Shown in pieces: positions 26,758-39,800 of a stretch of 64,000 nt of DNA. Within the stretch, counting starts at the first letter, position 1, and each line of letters begins with the position of its first letter. The notes beneath the pieces are model-generated. The model saw only the letters and a list, made by a program, of their open reading frames with translations. It ran no database searches and was not told the origin of the DNA. Position numbers and translations under genes: made by a program. The stretch spans positions 39,305-103,304 of the forward strand of contig FLMG01000529.1 of the NCBI GenBank assembly GCA_900088475.1. Reading direction: 5' to 3'. This DNA is from Hyphochytrium catenoides (Eukaryota > Protista > Hyphochytriomycota).

Positions 26758-29700
26758 CTACATTATGACTCTAATTTCCGGCCCGCTTTCTATCCGCGGC
26801 CTATGAAGATGCTCCCGACGGATTGCTTTAAGAACGTTGATTACCCGCAGCTGACTACGGATGCGCCTTGAGTTGCGAATCCAAAGCAAACGGCCAGGGT
26901 GCAGACTAAGGTGCTCCGCTCCTAAGGCCCCTCTTCCATCAGCTTCTTGCTCTAGCGGTGGACGAAGCAGGACCTTGATAGTGAAGCCCTTGCGTACAGC
27001 GAGGGCTTTTAGCATATAAATCGGGATATGCAGGGCACCAACACCCAGACAGAATAACCACTGCCAAAGGGTCAATGGTGTGCACATAAAGACGCTCCCA
27101 CCAAATTGGACAATCAGAAGCTGGCACAGGAACTTTTGACGGATTCAGCATAATGATGGACACCAGGCAAGCGGGAGAGAGAAAACAGCAGTGAGAGGGG
27201 GACATAGTGGTTAGTCAATCGTGATCCCCTCCTAAATTTACACTTCCTTCTTCAACTCTCCAGCCTCCTCTTGCTTATACGGTGGTTGGTACCACCAGAT
27301 TGCCTCCATCTCGTTTATTAACCATGGTGGTCTCCCTTCTTGCCCAGTAGCTTACCTCTGTGCCAAGGATGCTCAGGAACATCTTGTTATTGCCGAATCC
27401 GCGGAAGACAATGATCTCTCCGTGTACCTTTCTGCAATTAACCTGATTGCTTAGGGTCATCATGACAAGGACATTGAAAACCAGCGTGTAGTGCGTTGAC
27501 GGCACGCGGGAGTTCGGCTCAGAGTCTCGAGCAGAGGGGATTCCAAACAGGGAATCCCCATAGCCAATAAGATACACTAGTACAGCAAGCTGGTAAATCG
27601 CTGCTGTTATCAAGTTGGAGAGCATCGTTCCAGAAATGAGAGGCCTAGTGCTTGGGTAGGGCTTCCTCTTGAGCAAATGAGGCGATGGAGGTTCACTTGC
27701 GAGAGCCAGGGAGGCAAGAGAGTCCATAATCAGGTTAATCCAAAGCATCTGTACCGCTTTCAATGGAGAGTTATTGAGTAACAAAGAGGAGCCGAACTCA
27801 AGGATGATAGCCACGGCGTTCACGGTTAACTGGAACTGAATGAATTTTGAGATCGACTCGTAGACATTCCGCCCCCACTTGATCGCTGAAACCTACATTT
27901 TCGAAAGCAAGAGTGAGAGTAATTGGAGGGCAAAGAGGGTCGGCACAAGTTCTGTATAGCAAGGAGAGTCCTTCATAAGTTTAGAACGGAGTTGCAGCGC
28001 TAGTGACCAAGAAAGTGATAGACGCTGTCAGGATATGGCGGAGTACGAAAAAGAGATCTCCGCGCGTCCATCTGTTACACGTACAATGCTTGCAAAGTTG
28101 TCATCCATAATCACGATGTCTGAGGCGTCCTTTGCGACTGACGTTCCTGAGATACCCATCGCAAAGCCCACATCTGCAGCCTGAAGCGCTGGAGCATCAT
28201 TGGTTCCATCTCCTGTCACTGCGATGACTTCTCTGTGCGCGTTCATCTTGCTTTGCTTTAGGCCGGTAACCAGCAGGTACTTATCTTTTGGAGAGGAGCG
28301 GGACAAGACTCGCAGCTTTGGCCAAAGCTTGTCGAACTCCTCTTGGTTCAGAGAACCATCGTCTCGGGACACACTTTGTTAACATGAGAATATAAATGAG
28401 ACTAGTCATTCGTTGGAAAGGGGGGAGTCAACGTTTTGAGATGGAAAGATGCCAGCACCTAGAAAAAGGTCATTGGCAGTAGAAGATGCGCAGCAGAGAC
28501 TTGAACGAAAAGAACGACTATGATGTACCGCTTCCTAAAAGCTGGGCCGTCTAAGACCGCGTCGTCTGTAGGGTTCTCCTTCAAAATGCCGCACTTCTTA
28601 GCAATGGACACAGCTGTGAGCTGATTGTCTCCTGTGCACATGCGCACAACAATTCCTAGTCCATGAGTGAGGCAGCATAATTAGCTGCGGTAGTAAGACT
28701 TGAAGGACGACACATAATGAAGTGAGAAGAGAGAGCATAGGTCGCAGTTTAGACCCCACACACTACCTACTTCGTAGTCTTTCTAAGCAATGCAGACAAT
28801 GCCTTTCCCCGAAGCACGGGAAGGTTAGTGCGAGAGGAGAAGGGCAGCACCTGCTCTCTGGCATGTCTTTATCGCTCCAGGAACCTCCGACCGCACAGGA
28901 TCTTCAATGCCCACGACCGAAATCAACGCTAAATCCTTCTCGCTTTCGGCTCCCCCAAGCTCCTGCTTTGACAAAGGCCTGTAGGCTAGCGCGAGGGCAC
29001 GCAGGCCGCTTCGACCAAAATCATTGATGACTATGCAATAGATCCCTTAGAACTCATGCAATCTGGGGTTCTGGAGAATGGTGCTGAATGGAGAATGGAG
29101 TCGGCCTTATAAAGCCATAGGCCCTTGATATGCAGTGGCGTGAAGAGCAAGGGGGCGCCACAGGCAAGCCTACGACAGATATATGCAGCTCGTAAGTCAC
29201 TTACCTTCACTCAAACTCTTTCTCTTGGCACCAGTCAAGGCGACCTTCTGCCCTTGGGAGTCCAAATAATAGCTGCAAAGTTCCAAAAGTAGTTCTGGTG
29301 CACCCTTCACCAGGAGAAGCCTCTCAGCTGCCCCTTTTACGGTGCAGGCAGCGCTCATTCTCTTTCTCTCAGAAGTGAAGCTATTTAGCTTTTCCACCTT
29401 AGAGCTACTTCGAATCGCACGGTAGTCCTCCTTCAGGTCCAACACCAGTTTCAGTAGAGCACATTCAGTCTTATTGCCAATGTATTCCATGGCACCATCT
29501 CTTGTCTGCAAATTGAGTTGGCAAAGATGAATTAGTAAGCATGCTGCCAGGTGCACTCACTTAACCAGCTCACAAGTTCAAGTGCGGAGAAGGAGGTGAG
29601 ACAGCAGCGAAGGTGAAGACGAAGACCAACAAAAAAATAAAAACTCGAGGGCTCTGCATGAATACTCCCTAACCAAAAGGACGATATGTGCAGTAGGCCT

Positions 29701-31529
29701 TCGATTGTTGTCAACGCAGCGCGGGGGAAGAAAACATACGTCAATATTCGCAGTAGAGTTTAAACTTGACACTTCCATCAGCTTTCGTAGAGTCTTCTTG
29801 TACACTTCTGTTTTTTTCCTTGAACTCAAAAGTTGCTGCACTTCCACCACTTCATCTGCCAGCCACACCTTTGTCACCGTCATTTTGTTGGTAGTCAAGG
29901 TCCCAGTCTTGTCAGAGACAATTGCTGTTGCTGAACCCATCACCTCGCAGGCAGCCAAGTTCCGAACAAGATTGTTTTCAGAGAGCATCCGGCGCACGCT
30001 AAAGGCAAGTGCTATGGTGGTAGCTAGAGGAAGGCCCTCGGGCACTGCCACCACTAGAACAGTGACCCCTTGAATGAAAAAGTTGATAAGGTAGGTCCAA
30101 TAGTCAATGTGCCACGTCTTGTGCTTGATAGCAAACTCTTCGATGAAGAAGCGTACAGTCAAACTGACAAAGGTGAGGATCGCAACGATCGTACCAAATT
30201 GACCGATTCTCATGGCCAGATAGACAAGTTTGGACTGGAGGCATTGGTAGTCATTGTGGACCAGATTGGCAGTAAAATGGCGGTAGGCAGGGAGAAGGAG
30301 GAGGAAAGATAGCCGAAGGTTAGATCTTCCTATATGCTAAGGTGTGGGTGGTTGGGACGTTCGCTACCTGCAGGACTGTCTGGTTGTTGTTGTCATTGCC
30401 ATTCTCCGTGTCTTGGCCTTGAATCAGAGACGCAATCACTCCGCTTTCACTCCTAGGTCCAACAGCAACGACCAGCATTCGACCTGTACCCTCCATCACC
30501 TTTGTTCCAGAAAGAAGGATCGGTCTATTATCCACGTCCTTTGAGGCGAGTTTGGACTCTCCTGTCAGCGTGCTCTCATCCAGCTTCAAGTCTGAGCCTT
30601 GAATTAAAAAGCCATCTACAGTTAAAATGTCACCCGTTGAGACGCAGACAATGTCTCCGACCAGGATGTCGAAGGTTGAGACTTGACAGCTCTCCCCATT
30701 GCGGATGACCTGTTATGGGGATAGAGAACGTGAATGGTCATGAACTTTCCGATACGAGCATAGATTCCGAGTTTGCACCACTGAGGTCTCTAGACTCATT
30801 TTACTATAGAACAAGAGTGCTTGACTCGGTCCACTTGGGAGGAATAGCTCCGTCCTTGCAGACCCAGATGGGGACGGACAAGATAACTCTGTTTTGAGTC
30901 TGACGCAGGGCAAGGAGATATGCCGAGGCAAGGAGGTAGGCCGAAGAAAGGAGATTCTTACATTAATCTTTTCGTCATTCTTGACTGCATTCAGCGCTTG
31001 GAACTGCTTTTCTTTCTGATAGTCGTTGATAGCAGTGACTAGCACCACAATCACGACGGCTGCCAAGATCGACGCACCCTCTATCCATGATCCAGGTGTG
31101 TCTCTTTCGAAGGTGAGTGCCAGACATAGGGAGATAACACCACAGACAGAGAGGATTATCAGGGTGGTGTCATTGAGAGCATCGAAGACAAGTTGTAAGA
31201 AGCTGCGGGAGTCCTTGTCCGGTAATCGATTTTCTCCGAAGACCTCCCTGAATGACGATGTGAGACGACCCTGTGACTCATTGAGGTCACAGCCATTGTT
31301 TTAAGGATTCCTACCTTCGACGCTTCAAGTCTTCTTCGTTCCTGCTGTTCAAACCTCGATCTTTATGCGTGTTCAGTGCCTTGACAAGCCCATCGAGAGT
31401 ACTGAACCTCTCTTGAAATTCCTTCATAACATCCTCTGCTGGCGTTTCAACCAGGTGTCTGAGATCATCCGGAGATACCGTGAACTCTTTCCCCAATAGG
31501 GCAGTCCGCTCATTCTTTTCTTCTCCCAT
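26758..31529 (-). CDS. PMCA: P2B-type (PMCA) Ca2+-transporting ATPase, multi-exon
   Basis: DESTLTGES; [11 protein letters not shown]; phosphorylation motif SDKTGTLT; GNKTECALL; KGAPE; [11 protein letters not shown]; MCTGDN; [11 protein letters not shown]; [22 protein letters not shown]; C-terminal calmodulin-binding-like helix. Confidence 0.97.
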
Positions 31530-32562
31530 GGTACGCGCTGACCTTATGTTTGATGCACAGCTAGTGACGAGTCTAAGAAAATGCCGAAAATCCCGTCCTG
31601 GCTCCAAGGAAGTATGTCTTGGAGCTGCTGGAACAAGTGACAGTACCTGGCTTCAGAAGGGGCATGGACGGCGCATGGCGAACAGTTGATTCCTAAACGA
31701 AACGATAAATCACGAGCTCACGCGCTCCCAGCTTTAATCAGGGTTTGGCCAAGCTTACGGCGCTTCTGAAGATCTGCCTTGACGACAAGATCAGAACAGA
31801 GGAGGTTGACAAGCCGGGCACATAGAACCTACATCTCGGTTATCCCTTAATATATCTCTTGTGTGCTCTGTTTTGGTCACTTCAAGCCAAAGGCTACTTG
31901 CTCAAATGGCCTGTTTGTATCTGTCTCCTCACTCTGTCTCATATGTACAAGGATGAGAATCCTGTCCGTTATTGGTTCTATAAGTAGACCGAGCTTCATC
32001 TATGTTCATAGTGGGCGGTACTGTCGGAGGCCGCAGGCCACTCTGCGTGGCTCAATAGAACTCCCTAGATGTTGACCAAGGTGCCCAGAAGTATTGTATG
32101 GAACTTTGGAAAGGTTGGAACGATGAGAGTGACCTTCGTTCGTATAGTGAGACGGCGGGCGACCATTCTTCTTGCACTCGTGCCACTTCCGTCAGGGAGG
32201 ACATGAAATGGAAGAGCCCATATATTTAGCCCTCAAAAGATCAGTAGCAAAAAGGTCCATGAGTCGATGCAACCAAGCCTTAGATAATCGAGTCGGACGG
32301 CGGAGGTCTCATTTGCCAGATTCAGACCTCAGGCAGCAGAGGAATGTAATAACCTGCCGACATCAGCCACTCTCCGCCTGGGATCAGCTAAACAACCCAA
32401 TACCGCCAGCTCTCCTCTTAAGGAGTTGCTGCAACGTAGATAAACGGAGTAGCAACAACCATAGATCCCATAAAATGCCAACATATATTAACTGGCTTGA
32501 TAATCCTAGCGACACTATCCCCTCTATGTGGCTTTAACCATCAAAGGAGCCTCTTCACTTTC

Positions 32563-34248
32563 TTAGTGCTTATTTCCAAGAGTAGGCATCACAGTCCCGT
32601 ATGAGCTCACAGAGTTATAGTCCCATTGAGAAGTTATTGTCTTGATCTGCGTGTAGAAATAGACGCCATTTTTTCCGTAGAAGTTGATATCTCCGACAAT
32701 GGACCCTCTTGACCCTGTGAAGGAGAACATCGGCAACGGCACAGGGATAGGGACATTGATTCCAACCTGGCCTACGTCGACATCTCGCTGAAATTTACGA
32801 GCAACAGCACCACTCTGAGTGAATATTGCTGTACCATTGCCATAAGGGTTGCCGTTGATGAGCTCTATGGCATCTTCCAGCGTATCGACACTGAGAACGC
32901 ACAGAACCGGACCGAAAATCTCCTCTTGGTACGCTTCGTTCTCTGCTGTCATGTTTGCAAGTATGGTTGGACCCACGAAGTTCCCCTTGGGATATTTAGC
33001 AACCTTGATACCACGTCCATCTAACAGGCACTTTGCTCCTTGCTGTATTCCTTCCTCAATCAGGCGCTCCACTCTTGTCTTAGACTCTGGAGAGATCAGA
33101 GGACCGACATCCGTTTCAGGCTCTATCCCTCCGTTAACTTTAAGCTTCTTGGTTTTTGGAACTAACTCGTCAATCCATTCTCTTGCCTCACCCACGAAGA
33201 CGGCCACCGATAAAGCCATACAGCGCTGTCCAGCCGCGCCAAATGCCGCGCCAACCAATGCATTTAATGTCCTTTCCTTGTCCGCATCAGGCATGATCAC
33301 AGCATGGTTCTTGGCGCCAAGGTTGGCCTGGACTCTTTTTCCGTTCGCAGTGCCTCTCGCGTGGATGTGTTTTCCGGCCGTATTACCGCCTACGAAGGAT
33401 ATGGCCTTGATCTCCGGGGCGTCGCAGATGAAGTTGACAGCATCATGCGTTCCGTGAATAACGTTTAACACACCATCTGGAAGCCCGGCTTCCTTTGCGA
33501 GCTTTGCAAGGAGCATTGTTGCTCCAGGATCTTTCTCGGAAGGCTTTAAAATATACGTGTTTCCGCACACAGTAGCCATTGGGAACATCCACAGAGGGAT
33601 CATCGCCGGGAAGTTGAAGGGACATACTCCGGCGCATACACCAAGAGGTTGCCGGTAAGAATAGGTGTCTAGGCCCGTTGCTAGATTCTCCAGCGTCTCG
33701 CCCATCAGAGGCGTGGCTGCGCCGCAGCTATGTTCCACAACTTCCAAACCCCTAAACACGTCGCCGCGAGCGTCAGCTAGCGTCTTCCCCTGCTCTCTAG
33801 TAATAGAGTGTGCAAGATCATCTGTGTGTTCTCTAATAAGGTGTTGGAGTTTGAACATAACTCGCTGACGCTGTTGAACTGGTACATCCCGCCAGGTTCT
33901 GAAAGCCTTTGCTGCAGCGTCTGTTGCCGCCTTCATCTCCTCAGGAGTTGCTTCTGGAAGAAGACCAACTACCTCCTGGGTAGCTGGGTTCTTGACCTCT
34001 ACCCATTTCTTGGACTTCGACTGCACGAACTCACCATTGATGAACAATGGAATTTTAGGCTGTTCGAAAGTAGTGTCAGAGCCAATCTCTCAAAGAAGGT
34101 CATGCATAGTCACATCGAAGGGTAAGCAAGTTGAAGTAGTTCCCTTATGATAAGCAAGACTTACCGCTGCCTCTGTTCCTAAAGCTCTCCTTCCTGCCGT
34201 CAAAAATAGCGGCTGTCTACCAGCCCCAGATCTTAGTGCCGACAACAT
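32563..34248 (-). CDS. ALDH6A1: Methylmalonate-semialdehyde dehydrogenase (CoA-acylating), mitochondrial; exons 34248-34165 and 34059-32563
   Basis: [42 protein letters not shown] (catalytic Cys), EEIFGP and [11 protein letters not shown]-terminal presequence exon [11 protein letters not shown]... Confidence 0.96.
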
Positions 34249-34325
34249 CTTCCAGACAACTAGCAGAGACTCTACGCTCTTATAACTGGAGACCACTGGT
34301 AGAGACTGACGGCGGAGCTTTCAGA

Positions 34326-34402
34326 NNNNNNNNNNNNNNNNNNNNNNNNNNNNNNNNNNNNNNNNNNNNNNNNNNNNNNNNNNNNNNNNNNNNNNNNNNN
34401 NN
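34326..34402. other. Assembly gap (77 N), flanked by a CAA/CAG repeat
   Basis: N run followed by CAACAGCAACAACAT. Confidence 0.99.
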
Positions 34403-35022
34403 CCAACAGCAACAACATCCATCACCACAACATCTCATAGGTTAATAAGGGGGCATCCTCACTACACCCAAGGCCATAGGAATGCTCACCACGTCACACT
34501 GGTAAATGTCAAGGACAAGGTTCAGTGAGGTCACCCCAGTAGTGGGATGAGGGGGCCTTTTCCCTTTCGTACCGCTAACGCTCAGGCCGAGAACACAAAG
34601 GAAGATACAGGAGGCGTATTACTACAGAGCTTTGATGCTCAAACTGTTGGAGCATCCGGTATATCCGTATTACCACATTTATAGTCCCTCTAGTAGGACC
34701 AGTCTCGCCATTGCGTCAATTTGGGATCACACTAAGGCCCGTGGTCCCTGGACAAAGGGTTTAGCGATGGCAGCGCTTCGCCTTCGTTTCCTTTTGATCG
34801 AAAGTCTGCAAAAAACTGCAAAAAGAGCACAGATCTCAGAAGTCTCTAGTGTCAGACATCCCCAGTCCATAGCTCTAGAGCACGCCTGGTGGATACAAAG
34901 CAGCTGGAACACCCTTTGGCCTTGCTTGTTCTGAAAGGCGAGTGGTCACATAAAGTGCTATCTAGGCTGTCTGTGGCGCTTGCTGGAGGGGCGATAGCAG
35001 TCGCCTAGACAAGAGCAACAAG

Positions 35023-36715
35023 ATGGCGAAAGGAGAATGCCAGACTTCCAACGTCAATGAATACGATGAAGGTGAAAAAGAGCCTGAGACCAAGATTCTT
35101 GACGAAGGTGACATTGCCCTTCTGAAGGTATGGTGTCCAGGCTTTCGTCAAAATTGCGGTGAGCTCTGACGGGGACCCCCTCAGACCTATGGCCTTGGAC
35201 CTTACACCAAGGCAATCAAAACGTGTGAAGACGACATAAAAAATATTCAGAAGCGAGTGAACGACCTCGCCGGCATAAAGGAGTCAGACACGGGTCTGTC
35301 CTTACCATCTCAGTGGGACTTGAACGCAGACAAGCAGATGATGCAGGAAGAACAGCCGCTTCAGGTAGTGGGGGCCGGCTACTGCCATGTACGATGTCTT
35401 TGCTGATGACTTGGGTTATGAATTACAGGTGGCTCGGTGCACAAAAATTATCAACGCAGGACAGGATGATGCGAAGTATATGATCAACGTGAAGCAGATT
35501 GCCAAGTTTGTCGTTGGATTAGGAGATAAAGTGTCACCAACAGACATTGAGGAGAGCATGAGGGTGGGAGTAGATAGGACCAAGTACGCTATCCAAATCC
35601 CGCTACCACCGAAGATTGATCCCACCGTGTCCCTTATGGTAAGCTTTTGGCCGTATGCCTTTTATCACGCTAGAACCTTTTGAGTTGTCTGCCGCTGTGT
35701 CTTCCTACGTTTGTTCACTGAGGCAGAGCTTTACACTGTGACTTGTGTCTTCTGTAGACGGTAGAAGACAAACCCGATGTAACATACGATGAGGTTGGTG
35801 GAGCCAAGGATGCACTTGAGAAGCTGCGAGAAGTTGTAGAACTCCCGCTTCTTCATCCTGAGCGCTTCGTCAATCTGGGCATCGATCCTCCCAAGGGAGT
35901 CCTTCTCTACGGCCCTCCCGGGACGGGAAAGACCTTGTCAGCCCGTGCTGTGGCCAACAGGACGGATGCCTGCTTTATCAGAGTAATTGGGTCCGAGTTG
36001 GTTCAAAAGTACGTGGGTGAAGGTGCCAGAATGGTTAGGGAACTGTTCACCATGGCCCGTTCGAAAAAGGCTTGTATCGTCTTCTTTGATGAGGTGGACG
36101 CAATTGGAAGCTCAAGAGGCTCGGGAGAAGATGGAGGCACGGACAACGAAGTTCAACGAACGATGTTGCAGATTGTGACTGAGTTAGACGGCTTTGATCC
36201 GCGTGGAAACATTAAGGTATGGCGCTTCAAGCAGGCCGTCAAAACCGATGTGCAGATCATCTTCTGTATTGCATGTCTCGTCGCGATCGTTCTCTGACAT
36301 AAAGCTTCTTGAGCTGATACCAACCTTTATCATTGACAATACCAACCGCTATCATTGACAGGTTCTTATGGCGACAAATCGTCCGGACACGCTGGACCCA
36401 GCTCTAATGAGACCAGGACGTTTGGATAGGAAGGTTGAGTTCAATCTTCCTGAGCTGGATGGAAGGACGCAGATTCTGAAAATCCATGCGAAGAGGATGA
36501 ACTGCGACAGAAATATCAGATTTGAGCTAATTGCTCGTCTTTGTCCCAACACTACTGGCGCCGAGTTACGGAGCGTCTGCACAGAGGCGGGCATGTTTGC
36601 CATTAGGGCTCGGCGAAAGTCCGTGAGCGAGAAGGACTTTCTGGAGTCAGTGAATAAGGTTATCAAGGGTTACCAGAAGTTCTCTTCCACGCCAAAGTAT
36701 ATGGTGTACAATTAA
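35023..36715 (+). CDS. RPT1: 26S proteasome AAA-ATPase regulatory subunit 7, multi-exon
   Basis: [10 protein letters not shown]|TYGLGPY; GIKESDTGL; EEQPLQ|VARCTKII; Walker A GPPGTGKT; Walker B FFDEVD; [23 protein letters not shown]; C-terminal STPKYMVYN. Confidence 0.97.
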
Positions 36716-36872
36716 GGACCCCATAGGCGGGGGAAAAGTGGGGCTGGAAGAAGAAAGGAGCCAAATTAGGGGGCAGTACTTTCAGCGCTCGGCGATAGCT
36801 CTTCTCACATGTTAAAGTGTTAAAAGACTCTCACTTCTATGATTGAATGACGAAGTAGTGCCTTTCTGGCAG

Positions 36873-39800
36873 CTACTCCTGGCCTTCAACATCTTCTCCC
36901 TCAGCATCCTCATCTTCGGATTGCCATTGCTGGACCTGCTTGCGGACCAAATTCTTATAGGTTTGACTGCTTTTCATCAGTGAGAGGTGGTCGCCTTCAT
37001 CCACGACCATTCCCTTGATTATGACCTGATGTCAAGCAGAGAGAGCGGGGACTTTAACGAGGAGCCTGCGCTATCATCCACCTTTGTCTGTACCAGGATG
37101 CGACTGGCGTGCCTAATGGTTGACAGTCTGTGAGCGACGACAATGACGGTTCTGTCCCTCATCAAGTTGTTGATTGCCTCCTAGAGGAATACAGAGATGA
37201 CGTAAGGCTTCATCACAGTTCGGGCTATTTTTCCTTGTCTATTTTGAGAATCTCTTCTAGTCTCCTCCTTCTTGCTATGTTTTTGGTAAAGATGCCCTTA
37301 CATAGTTCTAACTCTGATGTTCTCACTCTCTCAGGCTTCAGAGGCACAGAGGGTAACGGACCTGAACAGCAGTCTCAGACTCTGCGTCCAAAGCACTTGT
37401 CGCTTCATCTAGAATACCATATAATCAATCAGCCGTTAGTGATAAAGACATAAACCCTAAAGAGGCGACTAGACTACCTAGCAGCAATATCTTGGGATTC
37501 ATAAGCAAGGCTCTTGCAATAGCAATTCTCTGTATGGAGTGTCCAGTCAGCCAACACCTAAGGTACAAGTCCATAAAAGGAAATATCCAATCACTTGGCA
37601 AACCTGCTTCTGTCCTCCCGAGAGACGAACTCCTCGCTCTCCCACCATAGTCTCATAACCGCTGAAAGCACACATGTTTAACTAAGAGCAGACGAGTATG
37701 GCTGGTGGTAATTGTGTTTGATGAGACCACGTAATCAGTGAGTTTGAGGGTAATGGCCACATATGAAGAGGGAGATGTAAGAATGCAGAAAGGAGCGATA
37801 CATGGTAATGTTGATGTAACGCACTCTGGGAATTGCATAATGAAGTCGTGGGCATTCGCCAGTTTGGCAGCGTCTTGAATTTCCTGAGTTGTGGGAGTGC
37901 GGTCGCTAGACCCATACGCTATGTTCTCCCTAATGGTGGTAGCGAATAGAACAGGCTCTGGATTGTGAAGCAAGCCGAGTTGAGAAGAAGCGTGAGTAAA
38001 CGAGACCACCTTTTTCGCTCACAGGTGGCTTAGCACTGTACTGACTGATCACCTTGTGAAACACTGGCAATTTGGGAATGCAGCCATTGATAGTTCAAAT
38101 CTTTTATGTCGACGTCATCCAGCAGAATCTTTCCATCGTTGACATCATAGAACCGCTGGATCAAAGCTAGTGCGGTAGACTTACCATGCCCGCTATAGGC
38201 AGCACAGTAAGAATGGGTGGGGTTTCACGATAAGGCATTGGAGTGTTTAGAGATAGGAGAGACATTACCTGGTCCCTACAAGGGCATATGTCTGGTTAGG
38301 TGGTACCGTAAAGCTCATGCCGTTTAGTGCCAGACGGTCTGGCCGAGAAGGATAAGAGAATGTGACATCCTTAAACTGTATCCTACCCTTGAAGTTCTCA
38401 ATGAGAACCCCTTGATCCGGCTGGATGTTGATCCGCGGGAGCCTATCAAGGAGTTGAAAGACTCTCTCCCTGTGAGATAACCCGATGCAAAAGGTGCACT
38501 TTAGATTAAGAACAGTGAATCCTGAAGATATTATCTTCCGGGTACAGGAAACATCCGTACGTGGCACCAAGAGCGTTCATTAAGTTTCCAAAGAGGCTCG
38601 AAAGACCACCGAGGGCGAAAGCAATGTTCACCGTATCTGCAGGTATGTGAGAGAGACGGCAGAGTAGCGGAGAAGCACAAGCGAGAGGTGAAGCAGAGAG
38701 CGGTATGAGAAGGAAGCAAGAGGAGAGCTATAAGTAGGAGTATTCTGTGCAGCCAAATCAAGGGTTTACTTACACAGCATGAAAGCCGTCAGGTATCCAG
38801 CAGTGAACTTCCCTTCTACTACATCTCTTGCGCCGAACCTGTCCACGAAGCTTATTGATTAGGCACTCCACCCCATTCTCAGGCATCTTCAGCCACAAAT
38901 GCCGCTTGTTTCCTCAATTTGAGCTTGGATGCCATCGTGATCTTTTAAATCCAATCGCCTGCATGGAGCTGGCACTTACCATAGGACTATTGTTATTGCA
39001 GTATAAGCCAGGAAGCCGATGCCGCCGGAGAAGAATCCTAAGCAATCGCGGTGAGTTACAGGAGCTGTAATCCTGGGCCATGAGGTATATGCGACGGTGG
39101 AGGTTGCCCACGCATGGGGCAGCTTTGTGCAACTTACCATAGGCCAGCGCTTTTTTCTTCCCGATCTGGTAGGTGTCGTTTATCTTCTCCTCGTATTTCC
39201 TTCCCTCTGTTTTCTCCATGCCGAAGGATCTGACAGTACGAATGTTGCTGAAGCTCTCCTGAGCGATGTCTGAGGCTTCCGCAAGCTTAGCTTGGTAGCT
39301 TTTGGCGAACTAGATCGAAATATCGATATGCCAAGCGAGGCACATAAGTGCCACGGAAAATGTGTAGAGGGCTAACGTAGACATGCCTCACCTTTCGTAC
39401 AAGCTTTGCATCTGAAGTTTAACAAGGGCAGGAGGCCAGCAAAGGGTTTAGGGAGACGAAGGGTGACTGGAAAAGCTGGGGCATAAGTCCCCCTGTACCG
39501 CAATGAAGGGTCTTATGACTTACATATTACGGCACCGATACTGAGCAATGGCACGACGAGCAACATGATGAGAGTAAGGCGCCAAGAAAGATAAAAAAGA
39601 AACCCCAGGCATCCTAGCAGCTGCGCCATCCAGCGAAGGAACATCGATATGTTGGTGGTTACTGTATCCTAGGGGATAAGATAAGATATCAGCAACGACC
39701 CTCTTCCAGCCGGTCTGGCCCACCCAGGGCGCAGCACCAGAAGTCTCTAAATCATCTTCCTATAGTATTGCAGGAGCACTCTGCCCCGTCGTTATTATCA

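Noticed and set aside
32849-33457. 202-aa + strand ORF
   Set aside because: Antisense shadow of the ALDH6 coding exon with no independent motifs.
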